NCBI GenBank assembly: GCA_000999715.1
Contig: LCGL01000001.1
Span: forward strand, 387,139 to 451,138
DNA from: Candidatus Falkowbacteria bacterium GW2011_GWF2_43_32
GTDB taxonomy: Bacteria > Patescibacteriota > Patescibacteriia > Patescibacteriales > UBA12465
DNA length: 64,000 nucleotides
Direction of reading: 5' to 3'
The notes beneath the pieces are model-generated. The model saw only the letters and a program-made list of their open reading frames with translations, was not told where the DNA came from and made no database searches. Positions 37,613 to 46,036 of the stretch are shown piece after piece (position 1 is the first letter of the stretch; the number at the start of each line of letters is the position of its first letter). The translations under genes and the position numbers were made by a program.

Positions 37613-37686
37613 AGGCTTGGGTGGGAGTCGAACCCACGAATGGCAGTTTTGCAAACTGCAGCGTTAGACCACTTCGCCACCAAGCC
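37613..37686 (-). tRNA. tRNA-Cys(GCA)
   Basis: ggcttgg/ccaagcc acceptor stem, gcagt-ttGCAaa-actgc, U discriminator. Confidence 0.95.
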
Positions 37687-37739
37687 GATAATTTTTAATC
37701 GATAAAAACTCGAATTCAATATCTGAATTTTAACCCATC

Positions 37740-38789
37740 TTATTTCAGTTGTAAACCGGCATCTACCTTTAGTTTACTAAAAGAAATTGGTTGGCGTTGT
37801 TTTAGCTTATAAAAGGCGGCGGCGGCAATCATAGCGGCATTGTCGGTCGTATACGCCAGCTCCGGAACCAGAAACTCGGTTTTCGTCAGTTTATTTTTAA
37901 TCGTTTTCGCCAATTGTGCGCGTAATTCAGTATTGGCGCTGACGCCGCCGGAAAGCATAATAGTGCGAACTTTGGTTTTTTGAGCGGCCTGAATAGTCTT
38001 GCTTATTAAAACAGAGATAATCGCTTGCTGGATTTCATGGCAGTATTCGGGAATTCGTCGTTTCCAATGGGGATCTTTTTGCAACTGATAAAGCAGGGAA
38101 GTTTTTAAACCGGAAAAAGAAAAATCAAAATTTGCGGAATTAATCATCGGTCGCGGTAGATTGATGGGGAGATATTGATTATTTTTGTCGGTTGATTTTT
38201 TATACTTTTCAGCATAGCGGGAGATAATCGGTCCGCCTGGGTAACCGATATTCAACATTTTGGCCGCTTTATCAAAAGCTTCTCCGGCCGCATCATCCCT
38301 GGTTTCTCCCAGGATTTTGATTTTTCCGGTTTTGTTCATGGTCAATAAGATCGTATGTCCGCCGGAAACGGTCAAAATCAGAGCGGGGAATTTAATCGAT
38401 GCGGACGGATTGATAAAATTGGCGTAAATATGGCCCTCAATATGATTGATATCCATGATGGGTTTCTGCCAGGCATAAGCTAAGGCACGAACCGTTTCCG
38501 TGCCGGTAATCAGGGAAGTAATTAATCCCGGTCCTTTGGTGACGCCGATGACCCGGATTTTTTGCGGTGTAATTTTTGCCCGGCTTAGTGCCTCATGTAC
38601 GACCGGAAGAATATTCAAAACATGTTCGCGCGCCGCGACCTCCGGAACGACGCCGCCATATTTTTTGTGGATATCTATTTGCGAGGAAATAATATTGGAT
38701 AAAACCCGAAGACGGCCGGTTTGAGAATCGGCTTTAATAACGGCGGCGGCAGTTTCATCGCAACTGGTTTCTATCCCTAATATATACAT
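37740..38789 (-). CDS. tsaD: tRNA N6-threonylcarbamoyladenosine transferase TsaD
   Basis: LGIETSCDETAAA, GGVVPEVAAREH, HIEGH, DDAAGEAFDK, TDNAAMI. Confidence 0.97.
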   Translation of the reverse strand: MYILGIETSCDETAAAVIKADSQTGRLRVLSNIISSQIDIHKKYGGVVPEVAAREHVLNILPVVHEALSRAKITPQKIRVIGVTKGPGLITSLITGTETVRALAYAWQKPIMDINHIEGHIYANFINPSASIKFPALILTVSGGHTILLTMNKTGKIKILGETRDDAAGEAFDKAAKMLNIGYPGGPIISRYAEKYKKSTDKNNQYLPINLPRPMINSANFDFSFSGLKTSLLYQLQKDPHWKRRIPEYCHEIQQAIISVLISKTIQAAQKTKVRTIMLSGGVSANTELRAQLAKTIKNKLTKTEFLVPELAYTTDNAAMIAAAAFYKLKQRQPISFSKLKVDAGLQLK

Positions 38790-38866
38790 ATCTATTATTG
38801 TAGGGCATTTTAGGAAAAAGACAAATTTAAGCGATTTGGACCGGGATCGATTTGACCGATGCCGTG

Positions 38867-38895
38867 TTGACAGAAGCCGGGCTTGTCTGTAAAAT
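38867..38895 (+). promoter_or_regulatory. Sigma70 promoter of tRNA-Glu
   Basis: ttgaca-17-taaaat. Confidence 0.65.
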
Positions 38896-38952
38896 GAAGT
38901 TAAATCTAAATATTTAGATTTTTATTTTTCGCCAATTTGGGAAAATATGTAC

Positions 38953-39024
38953 GGTCCCTTCGTCTAGTGGTTAGGACATCAGGTTTTCATCCTGGTAACA
39001 GGGGTTCGATTCCCCTAGGGACTA
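38953..39024 (+). tRNA. tRNA-Glu(TTC)
   Basis: ggtccct/agggact acceptor stem, tcagg-ttTTCat-cctgg, ttcgatt. Confidence 0.95.
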
Positions 39025-39254
39025 CTAATTAAAAAGTGCTCAGCGTTAGCTGGGCATTTTTTAATTAGACGGCGTTAGCCGAGGGGAATCGGACGGGCGG
39101 CAGCGAACTAGATATTTGCCAGTAGGCAAATATCGCAGTGAGCGCCGACAAAAGCGAGCTAGCGTAGCTTTTGGCGCCGCCCAGGACAACGAGAGAGCGA
39201 GCTCCGCCAGCTGGCGGAGGTGAGCGAACGAGGCGGAATTCCCCTAGGGACTAC
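39025..39254 (+). repeat. Structured non-coding element abutting tRNA-Glu
   Basis: 17-nt duplication attcccctagggactac (39009-39025, 39238-39254); several hairpins; inverted T-arm copy at 39082-39094. Confidence 0.85.
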
Positions 39255-39348
39255 ATAATAAAAATACTCCAACAAAGTTGGAGTATTTTGATTTTTTAGG
39301 CTAACCCTGTTATATTTATAATATATTTTATTATGATTTTTGCCAACG

Positions 39349-39759
39349 ATGAAAAATAATTTAACTAAGGTGGCTTTTGTCTATCTTCAGCGGGACAATA
39401 AAATTTTGCTATTAAAAGAAGGCGGGCGGCTAGCCATGGGTTTGTGGTGTTTCCCCGGCGGGCACGTCGATGTTGGAGAAACTTTTGAACAGGCGGCCAT
39501 TAGAGAGGCCCTAGAAGAAAGCGGTTATCGGATCAGCTTGGGAAAAATAATATACAAATCATTAATGCTTAACTCAGAATATAAAGGCTCTAGGGGTGAT
39601 ACTAATGAGGTTGAATTAGCTATTTTTGAAGGAAATATTATTGGCGGTGAATTTAAAATTGATGATCAAGCCTTGGATTTAAAATGGTTAACTAAAGAAG
39701 AAATTCTTAAACTCCCTTTGCGCTGGAATTTAATACAAGATTTAGTTTTGACAAACTAA
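39349..39759 (+). CDS. NUDIX hydrolase
   Basis: WCFPGGHV..GE....AAIREALEESG. Confidence 0.9.
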   Translation: MKNNLTKVAFVYLQRDNKILLLKEGGRLAMGLWCFPGGHVDVGETFEQAAIREALEESGYRISLGKIIYKSLMLNSEYKGSRGDTNEVELAIFEGNIIGGEFKIDDQALDLKWLTKEEILKLPLRWNLIQDLVLTN

Positions 39760-39761
39760 TT

Positions 39762-39845
39762 TTAAATTACTAAAATTTCCGCCCATCTCTCAATTTCCCC
39801 AATAATCCCGTCAAAATTTTGGCAAATTTTAGACTTTAGGACTAC
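39762..39845 (-). repeat. Junction arm repeat, copy 1 (copies at 42719-42799 and ~43611-43688)
   Basis: tctcaatttccccaataatccc.tca.aattttggcaaattt.agactttaggactac. Confidence 0.85.
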
Positions 39846-39922
39846 ATAAAAAAAATAACGTGCAATTTGCACGTTATTTTTTTTATGACGCCGTAGGCGG
39901 AAGAATCGAACAAATTAAAATA

Positions 39923-40573
39923 TTATTTCTCTAAAATCAATTCTCCGGTAGCTAACGCTTCTTCATGGGAAGCGCAGCGCGGCCATGGTCGCTCTAAAAC
40001 ATCCTCTGAATCAAAAATAAATATAAAGCAATCTCCGGGAGGGACTTTGCCATAGTTGTTTGTTAAAATATGGTCTTTCTCTTTCCAGATAATTCGTGAA
40101 TAAATAGACCACGGGTCTGTTCCGGTTTCAACACGATGATGTATTACGTGAAGCATGGCTTTCTTCCCATTACACAAATCGCCAGAATGAAACTCGCGTA
40201 CGCCAAGTTCAGTTGGTAAATAAAGATTGGATTCATGATCTACCGTATATTCAATAATGCTGCCAACTGCTTTAAAAAATGAACTTAATAAAACATTATC
40301 ATCACTTGTAACAAAACCATCAGCAATAACCTTGCCGGATTCACTCCGTGTAAACAGACCATTTCTTTTAGTTTTGAGATCTTCTTTGTCTATTTTTAAA
40401 AATATTTCTTCGCCACACGCAAATATACGGTAATCAACCCTTGATAAAAGCTCTTCCATTTTTTTACTTCGCTCTCTATTTTTTAATACAAAAAATATGC
40501 TTATACAAATAACCAGTGCCGCTAAAAGGCTTAAAATACCAAATTTATAAATATGATTTTTTATTAATTTCAT
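39923..40573 (-). CDS. Hypothetical membrane-anchored extracellular protein
   Basis: N-terminal TM helix, several Cys, abuts the upstream gene. Confidence 0.65.
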   Translation of the reverse strand: MKLIKNHIYKFGILSLLAALVICISIFFVLKNRERSKKMEELLSRVDYRIFACGEEIFLKIDKEDLKTKRNGLFTRSESGKVIADGFVTSDDNVLLSSFFKAVGSIIEYTVDHESNLYLPTELGVREFHSGDLCNGKKAMLHVIHHRVETGTDPWSIYSRIIWKEKDHILTNNYGKVPPGDCFIFIFDSEDVLERPWPRCASHEEALATGELILEK

Positions 40574-40575
40574 AT

Positions 40576-41538
40576 TTAATCAATAATTTCAAGCACGCCT
40601 ACGCTTATAAAATCTCCTTTACGCGCTTTGATTAATTTGTCGTATATCTCATTCCATTTTTCAATTTCGATTACTGTGATGCAGCCAAGCGAAGCTCTGC
40701 CTGTATGCAAATATTTTTCACCTGAATGCCCAATCCTAAACCAAGTTTTAAATCTAGATGATATATTAACATAACTGCTTGGGTCTTTGTGCGGATAATC
40801 CGGCAACTCAATGTCATGCCAACCCTTTTTCCATGGCGAACCGGTATAATCCGTGGTCTGATATTTTTTATTATCGATGATCAATGCTTTTTGGGAAATA
40901 GAGTATTGTAAATGGATTAGCGGCTCATGTTCAATTTTTGACAGAAAACGTGACTCCTTATTTTCGTCCAAACTAACCGACCCTTTTTGTCCACGATATA
41001 TTCCTTCTAAAATTGTAAAATATTCGCGCCCGCCTTCAATATAATCTGATTGTATTTTTAGGAAGGCGGGGAGAGAGACCGCATCACCATCTACGATTTT
41101 AACTTTAAGCCAGCCGTTATCTATATCGGGTGTATATTTTATTGTATTTATGACTAATGCTTCAATGGTGACTTCAAAAATAGCAATGGACTTGCCCCAG
41201 GTCTTGCCAAAACGATTTTCCCGAAGCTCAATATTATAGGTGAAATTTTGCGGTTTAATATCACCCGTGTCGACTTTAATTGTCTTTTCTGTCTTCCCAA
41301 TATCATTAAATAATATATCTTTTTCGGTAACGGTAATTTTTACGTTAGCAGAAAATGTTTTTTGGTCAGAAGGAAAAGTACCTATCGATTGATTGAGCTC
41401 GGCGGTTTTTCTAGCCCGCATCCTTTTATCGACACGCAAGACCTGATCCAGTAGCTCTATGTCAATACGGATGTCGTTACCAATTGATTTGCCCGTATAT
41501 TTTATTTTTATCAATTTGAACTGAATTTTTTTAAGCAT
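40576..41538 (-). CDS. Protein with a C-terminal L,D-transpeptidase-like (Tlde1/YkuD-like) motif
   Basis: YLHTGRASLGCITV His/Ser/Cys motif. Confidence 0.5.
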   Translation of the reverse strand: MLKKIQFKLIKIKYTGKSIGNDIRIDIELLDQVLRVDKRMRARKTAELNQSIGTFPSDQKTFSANVKITVTEKDILFNDIGKTEKTIKVDTGDIKPQNFTYNIELRENRFGKTWGKSIAIFEVTIEALVINTIKYTPDIDNGWLKVKIVDGDAVSLPAFLKIQSDYIEGGREYFTILEGIYRGQKGSVSLDENKESRFLSKIEHEPLIHLQYSISQKALIIDNKKYQTTDYTGSPWKKGWHDIELPDYPHKDPSSYVNISSRFKTWFRIGHSGEKYLHTGRASLGCITVIEIEKWNEIYDKLIKARKGDFISVGVLEIID

Positions 41539-41554
41539 AAAGATTTTTTATTTT

Positions 41555-42034
41555 TTAAATTTTTAATACATCCTGCCTATTCAATATCGAGTGCAGCTCT
41601 TTAACTTTTATCAATAAGACTCTAGCATCTGTATGGGCTTGACTTAATTCTGCTTCCGAGATTCCGATAAAATCACCATATTCAATTCTATTTCTTTTCT
41701 TTCTCATTTGTTGGAATCTTTGAAATTCATTACTGAGCTCACCGTTAAGCAAGGTAGCGGCGGCATTAATTACGATATAATGATGCCCCTCTCCACTTGT
41801 TTTTGCTCTATATCCGTTAATTAACAATATGGCTTCACAGCACAATCTTATAGAATCATAGATGTTGTTATACACAATATCCTCGTCTCCAGTGCCTAAT
41901 CCGGACAAATTTTTATTTGCATAATTATATAACCTGTCTGCCTTCTCAATTTTTATTTCAACCCCTTTTAAGTTAAGCAAAAAAGGCTCAATAGAATTAT
42001 TATTCAACAGTGTTTGAATCTCTGGTAAAATCAT
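41555..42034 (-). CDS. HEPN domain protein (toxin-like)
   Basis: Y......CEAIL...GYR....GHH, MRKKRNRIEY; overlaps the upstream MNT gene. Confidence 0.75.
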   Translation of the reverse strand: MILPEIQTLLNNNSIEPFLLNLKGVEIKIEKADRLYNYANKNLSGLGTGDEDIVYNNIYDSIRLCCEAILLINGYRAKTSGEGHHYIVINAAATLLNGELSNEFQRFQQMRKKRNRIEYGDFIGISEAELSQAHTDARVLLIKVKELHSILNRQDVLKI

Positions 42035-42587
42035 ATGGGTCTCCTTTTAATTTAATTATTGGCGATAGAAATATATTAGATATAAAATTATTTTTTTCTT
42101 TTATCTTTTTAACAATTTCTTGACTGCTGTAAATATGATAATTTATTTCTCTGGCAATTTTTCTTTCTATAGAACTTATCATGGTAATAAGGGCATTTTG
42201 GTTTATGTCCCCAATTAACATTAAATCAATATCGCTATTATTATTTTCTGTTCCTTTGGCGATTGATCCGAAAACAAAAGCACATTCAACATTATCAAGT
42301 TTATCGACTAACTTTTTTAATTCATTTTCTAAGCCGAATGTTTTTGAAATAATACTTTTTATTTCCTCGTAAAGCGGGTGAGCTTTATTTAATTTAAAAA
42401 AACGCATATTTCCGCGACGCTCATCTAATAATATCCTATCTTCCACTAAATTATCCAAATATTTTTGATAATGACTCGGTTCTTTCTTTAAGTTTTTGGC
42501 AATTTCTCTAAAATAGTATTCCTTTTCTGGGTTTTTAAAAAATAGCTCGATGATTTCTCCACCGCCCTTTTTCAAGAAATTTAGCAT
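42000..42587 (-). CDS. wHTH + minimal nucleotidyltransferase (MNT) antitoxin
   Basis: YYFREIAK HTH; FVFGSIAKG....SDIDLMLIG. Confidence 0.85.
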   Translation of the reverse strand: MLNFLKKGGGEIIELFFKNPEKEYYFREIAKNLKKEPSHYQKYLDNLVEDRILLDERRGNMRFFKLNKAHPLYEEIKSIISKTFGLENELKKLVDKLDNVECAFVFGSIAKGTENNNSDIDLMLIGDINQNALITMISSIERKIAREINYHIYSSQEIVKKIKEKNNFISNIFLSPIIKLKGDPYDFTRDSNTVE

Positions 42588-42640
42588 AGTATGTTTGATA
42601 ATTTTTATTTCAATTATTCTTGATTATATTATACACTATT

Positions 42641-42658
42641 TATGTACAATTGTACATA
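42641..42658. promoter_or_regulatory. Perfect 18-bp palindrome upstream of MNT-HEPN (putative operator)
   Basis: tatgtacaattgtacata. Confidence 0.55.
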
Positions 42659-42943
42659 CTTTGTATATGGTGGCTAACATTAGTAAATAATTACACATTT
42701 ATCAAGAGAAGGGTTAAATTATCCCAAAACTTCCCCCCACTTCTCAATTTCCCCAATAATCCCCTCAGAATTTTGGCAAATTTCAGACTTTAGGACTACA
42801 TAATAAAAATACTCCAACTTTTTGGAGTATTTTTATTATTTTGATAATTTATTTTTCCCTGTTGACAATTTTGCATAAAAGAGATATTCTTTTTTGAAAC
42901 ATAAATATCATAAACTATTGGTCATTAACAAAAATTTATAAAA

Positions 42944-43528
42944 ATGGAAACAAACGATGAGCCGCAAAAAGACGAAGTAACTCAGCGTGATTTAGAAATT
43001 CTCGAAATTTTTATTTCTAATTCATTGGAAGCCACTGTCAGGGCCAAAAAAGCGATTATTTGGTTTTTACGCCAAAGTAATTATTTGCAATCCAATATTG
43101 CCATGTCCATCTCATCACCTTCTAGGAAAAGCGATGAGTATAAATGGGCTCAGGAAGTTGGCATTGCTCTTCATGACATGAGATTGCCAATCAGGATAGA
43201 TGACCTCTTTTCTTTAATGAGGATTTCAAAACGTTTTGTTTCTCATTGTGGAGTGGCAAAGAAAATTAGTGATGATCTAATTGAACTTGAAACTGGTTGG
43301 GACAGTGAACATCAGAGACATGTCCCGGTAGACCTTCTTGGTTATACAATTTGGCTGGCTGACGAGTTTTATCAAAAAGAAGTTTATCTGATTGAATTCA
43401 AGCCCGCAGAAGTTAAAGTTGTAAAGCTACGAAAAGATCATTCGGATGTGATAGAATATCATGGTAAAGAGTTTTATGAAGATTGCGAAATTCCTAAAAA
43501 TCTCCGCGACGTTCAAGCAAGGTGGTAA
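42944..43528 (+). CDS. Hypothetical protein
   Basis: 194 aa, ttgaca promoter-like sequence upstream, terminator downstream. Confidence 0.65.
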   Translation: METNDEPQKDEVTQRDLEILEIFISNSLEATVRAKKAIIWFLRQSNYLQSNIAMSISSPSRKSDEYKWAQEVGIALHDMRLPIRIDDLFSLMRISKRFVSHCGVAKKISDDLIELETGWDSEHQRHVPVDLLGYTIWLADEFYQKEVYLIEFKPAEVKVVKLRKDHSDVIEYHGKEFYEDCEIPKNLRDVQARW

Positions 43529-43777
43529 AAGTCTCAGCTCTTAACAAATAAAGTCTATATCCATGAGATAAGGTATAGACTTTTTATTTTAAGTAAGATT
43601 TATCAGCCAATGTCAGAATTTCCACTCACTTCTCGATTTCCCTAACAATTTTCTCAAAATTTTGAGAAACTTCAAAACCTAGGACTACTAACTAAAAAGA
43701 TCCAATATTTACCGGATATTGCTTAATTTGCTTTTCCGGTTTTTATTTATTAAACTTAAAAATATAGAATAAACAAT

Positions 43778-44242
43778 ATGAAAATCACAATTTGCGGCAG
43801 TATTGCTTTTTATCAAGAGATGGAGCAACTCAAGGATTCGCTAGAGGCTAAGGGGCATGAAGTTTTTGTTCCCTTGCTCAGCAATGAAGCGCCGGCGGAA
43901 ATGGGCGGAGGGAAAAAAATATATTTCGATAAATATATTGAAGATAACGGGGGTATGGATGCTTTCCCGCCCGATCATGAACTTTGGGGTTTGAAAGAAA
44001 AAGCGATTCGCGATCATTATGATAAAATTGAATGGTGCGATGCGATTCTTGTTTCTAATCATGAAAAAAAAGGTATTGCCGGATACATCGGTGGGAATAC
44101 TTTAATTGAAATTGGCGTTGCCTTCTTTTTAAAAAAGAAGATTTATATTTTAAACCCCGTTTCTTCGGAGCTTTCTTATAAGCAAGAGATTTACGGAATG
44201 AAGCCGATTTTGTTAAATGGAGATATAAATTTGATAAATTAA
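43778..44242 (+). CDS. Nucleoside 2-deoxyribosyltransferase-like fold protein
   Basis: KITICGS, H..KI..CDAILV.N, GYIGGNTLIEIGVAF..KKKIY. Confidence 0.65.
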   Translation: MKITICGSIAFYQEMEQLKDSLEAKGHEVFVPLLSNEAPAEMGGGKKIYFDKYIEDNGGMDAFPPDHELWGLKEKAIRDHYDKIEWCDAILVSNHEKKGIAGYIGGNTLIEIGVAFFLKKKIYILNPVSSELSYKQEIYGMKPILLNGDINLIN

Positions 44243-44253
44243 CATTGAATCGG

Positions 44254-45234
44254 TTAGTTCAAGTTAACGAAAGCGTTAAATAAATAACCGATAATCATTA
44301 TATTGATTGTAGTAACTCCAAAGAAGTAAATAAGGAGTTTTACCTTCATCACTCTTTTTAGAATAAGAGCTTCCGGCAAAGACAGGCCGACTATCGCCAA
44401 CATGAAAGCCATCGCCGTCCCTAAGGGGATTCCTTTTTCCACCAAAGATTGCATAATCGGAATTACGCCCACGGCATTGGCATACATCGGCACGGCGACG
44501 ATAGTCGCCACCGGTACGGCTAAAAGATTTTCGGCGGTGATATAATTTTCAAAAAAACCGGCCGGCACGAAACCGTGGATGGCGGCGCCGACGGCAATAC
44601 CGATTAACACGTAAGGGGTGATTTTTTTTGTCATGGCTAAACCTTCTCGCCAAAATTTAAACAATAATTTTTTGCGAGACAATTTTTCCGTTTTTATTTC
44701 CAATTTGTCGTTTTTTATTTTCCGAACATAATCGGTCACGTATTTTTCCAATTTTAATTTGCTTAAAATAAAGCCGCCCACCACGCCCAATGAAACGGCG
44801 GCGACGACATAAAGAACCGTCACTTTCCAGCCGAATAAGCCGGCAAACAAAACTACCGCTACTTGATTAACCAATGGCGATACGATTAAAAAAGACAAGG
44901 TAACGCCCAAAGGAATGCCGGCCTCCAGAAATCCGATGAACAAAGGGATGGAAGAACAAGAACAAAAAGGAGTGATTGTGCCGAATACGGCGGCCAATAA
45001 ATAATCCAGACCATACCATTTGCGCGAAGCCAAAAAGTCGCGCAATTTTTCTATCGGCAAGTAATGGCGAATAATGGCCATTAAATAGTTAATCGCCAAG
45101 AGCAGTAATAATATTTTTAAAGAATCGTAAATAAAAAAATTAACCGAGTCGCCTAAATGAGAGCCCTTAATTAAATTGAAAAGGCCATAAGATAAGTAAT
45201 CGGCCGTTAATTCTAAAGGGTAAAAAATGTTCAT
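44254..45234 (-). CDS. Permease, ArsP/DUF318 family
   Basis: TPFCSCSSIP, GIPLGVTLSFL..SP, GLSLPE. Confidence 0.88.
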   Translation of the reverse strand: MNIFYPLELTADYLSYGLFNLIKGSHLGDSVNFFIYDSLKILLLLLAINYLMAIIRHYLPIEKLRDFLASRKWYGLDYLLAAVFGTITPFCSCSSIPLFIGFLEAGIPLGVTLSFLIVSPLVNQVAVVLFAGLFGWKVTVLYVVAAVSLGVVGGFILSKLKLEKYVTDYVRKIKNDKLEIKTEKLSRKKLLFKFWREGLAMTKKITPYVLIGIAVGAAIHGFVPAGFFENYITAENLLAVPVATIVAVPMYANAVGVIPIMQSLVEKGIPLGTAMAFMLAIVGLSLPEALILKRVMKVKLLIYFFGVTTINIMIIGYLFNAFVNLN

Positions 45235-45412
45235 AATGATTAATTGAATAAATGATTGATTGAATGATTTTGTGTTTTCGTCGCCCTGTTGGCGGCAAAT
45301 GAAATTAGATGAAACAACGGTATTGACATTATTTAATTATGGGTATATACTCATAATAGGCAATGAGCAAAGGTCGAATTGCCGCTCTAAAAAATAATGT
45401 TATAATAAACAT

Positions 45413-45652
45413 ATGCCAAGAATGAATGGAACGGGTCCGATGGGTCAGGGTCCGATGACCGGACGAGGCTTGGGCCGATGTGCTACCGGAGCCAGGATGA
45501 TGGGACGAGGACAAAGGATGATGGGTGGAGGTTTTCGGGTGTCTTTATCCCCTCAAGATCAGCTTAAAGCCCTGCAAGACGAAGAAAAAGCGTTACTGGA
45601 AGAATTGGCGGCGATTAAAGCCGAGCAGGCGACTTTGGAAAATCAGAAGTAA
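45413..45652 (+). CDS. DUF5320-like Gly-rich small protein
   Basis: MP..NGTGPMGQGPMTGRGLG.C followed by a coiled coil. Confidence 0.82.
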   Translation: MPRMNGTGPMGQGPMTGRGLGRCATGARMMGRGQRMMGGGFRVSLSPQDQLKALQDEEKALLEELAAIKAEQATLENQK

Positions 45653-45743
45653 AAGAAGGTTTGAGGCCGGCCTCTTGAAAATAAGGGGCCGGGAAAACCT
45701 GTTTTAGTGAATAACCGTTAATAACAGTATTATCTCAATATTT

Positions 45744-46019
45744 ATGCCCAGACCGCGACTGTGCCGTCGAGTAGTATTCAATCCCGCGATTACTTATTTT
45801 AAACCTCAGGGCGTTCCTTTGAGGAAGCTTGAAGTGGTGGAATTGACTTATGAAGAGATGGAAGCCTATCGTTTGCGTCATACCAACGGTTTTGACCAAC
45901 GAACGGCGGCTAAAAAAATGGCCACCTCGGTCAGCACTTATCAACGCATTTTTTATTCGGCCGGTCAAAAAATTGCCGATGCGCTTATCAATGGTAAAGC
46001 GATAAAAATTATTAAATAG
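45744..46019 (+). CDS. DUF134 DNA-binding protein
   Basis: MPRPR.CR, FKPQG, EEMEA.RL, KIADAL.NGKAI. Confidence 0.88.
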   Translation: MPRPRLCRRVVFNPAITYFKPQGVPLRKLEVVELTYEEMEAYRLRHTNGFDQRTAAKKMATSVSTYQRIFYSAGQKIADALINGKAIKIIK

Positions 46020-46036
46020 AACCATGTCTGGCGGAT

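Larger units (their letters stand above)
39025..44242 (+). mobile_element. Cassette array anchored at the tRNA-Glu 3' end; no integrase in the window
   Basis: ggactac tRNA-end remnants ending at 39254, 39845, 42799 and 43688; the last three are preceded by a conserved ~75-bp arm. Confidence 0.8.

Noticed and set aside
39025..44242. Prophage or IS element
   Set aside because: No structural, transposase or integrase genes found anywhere in the window
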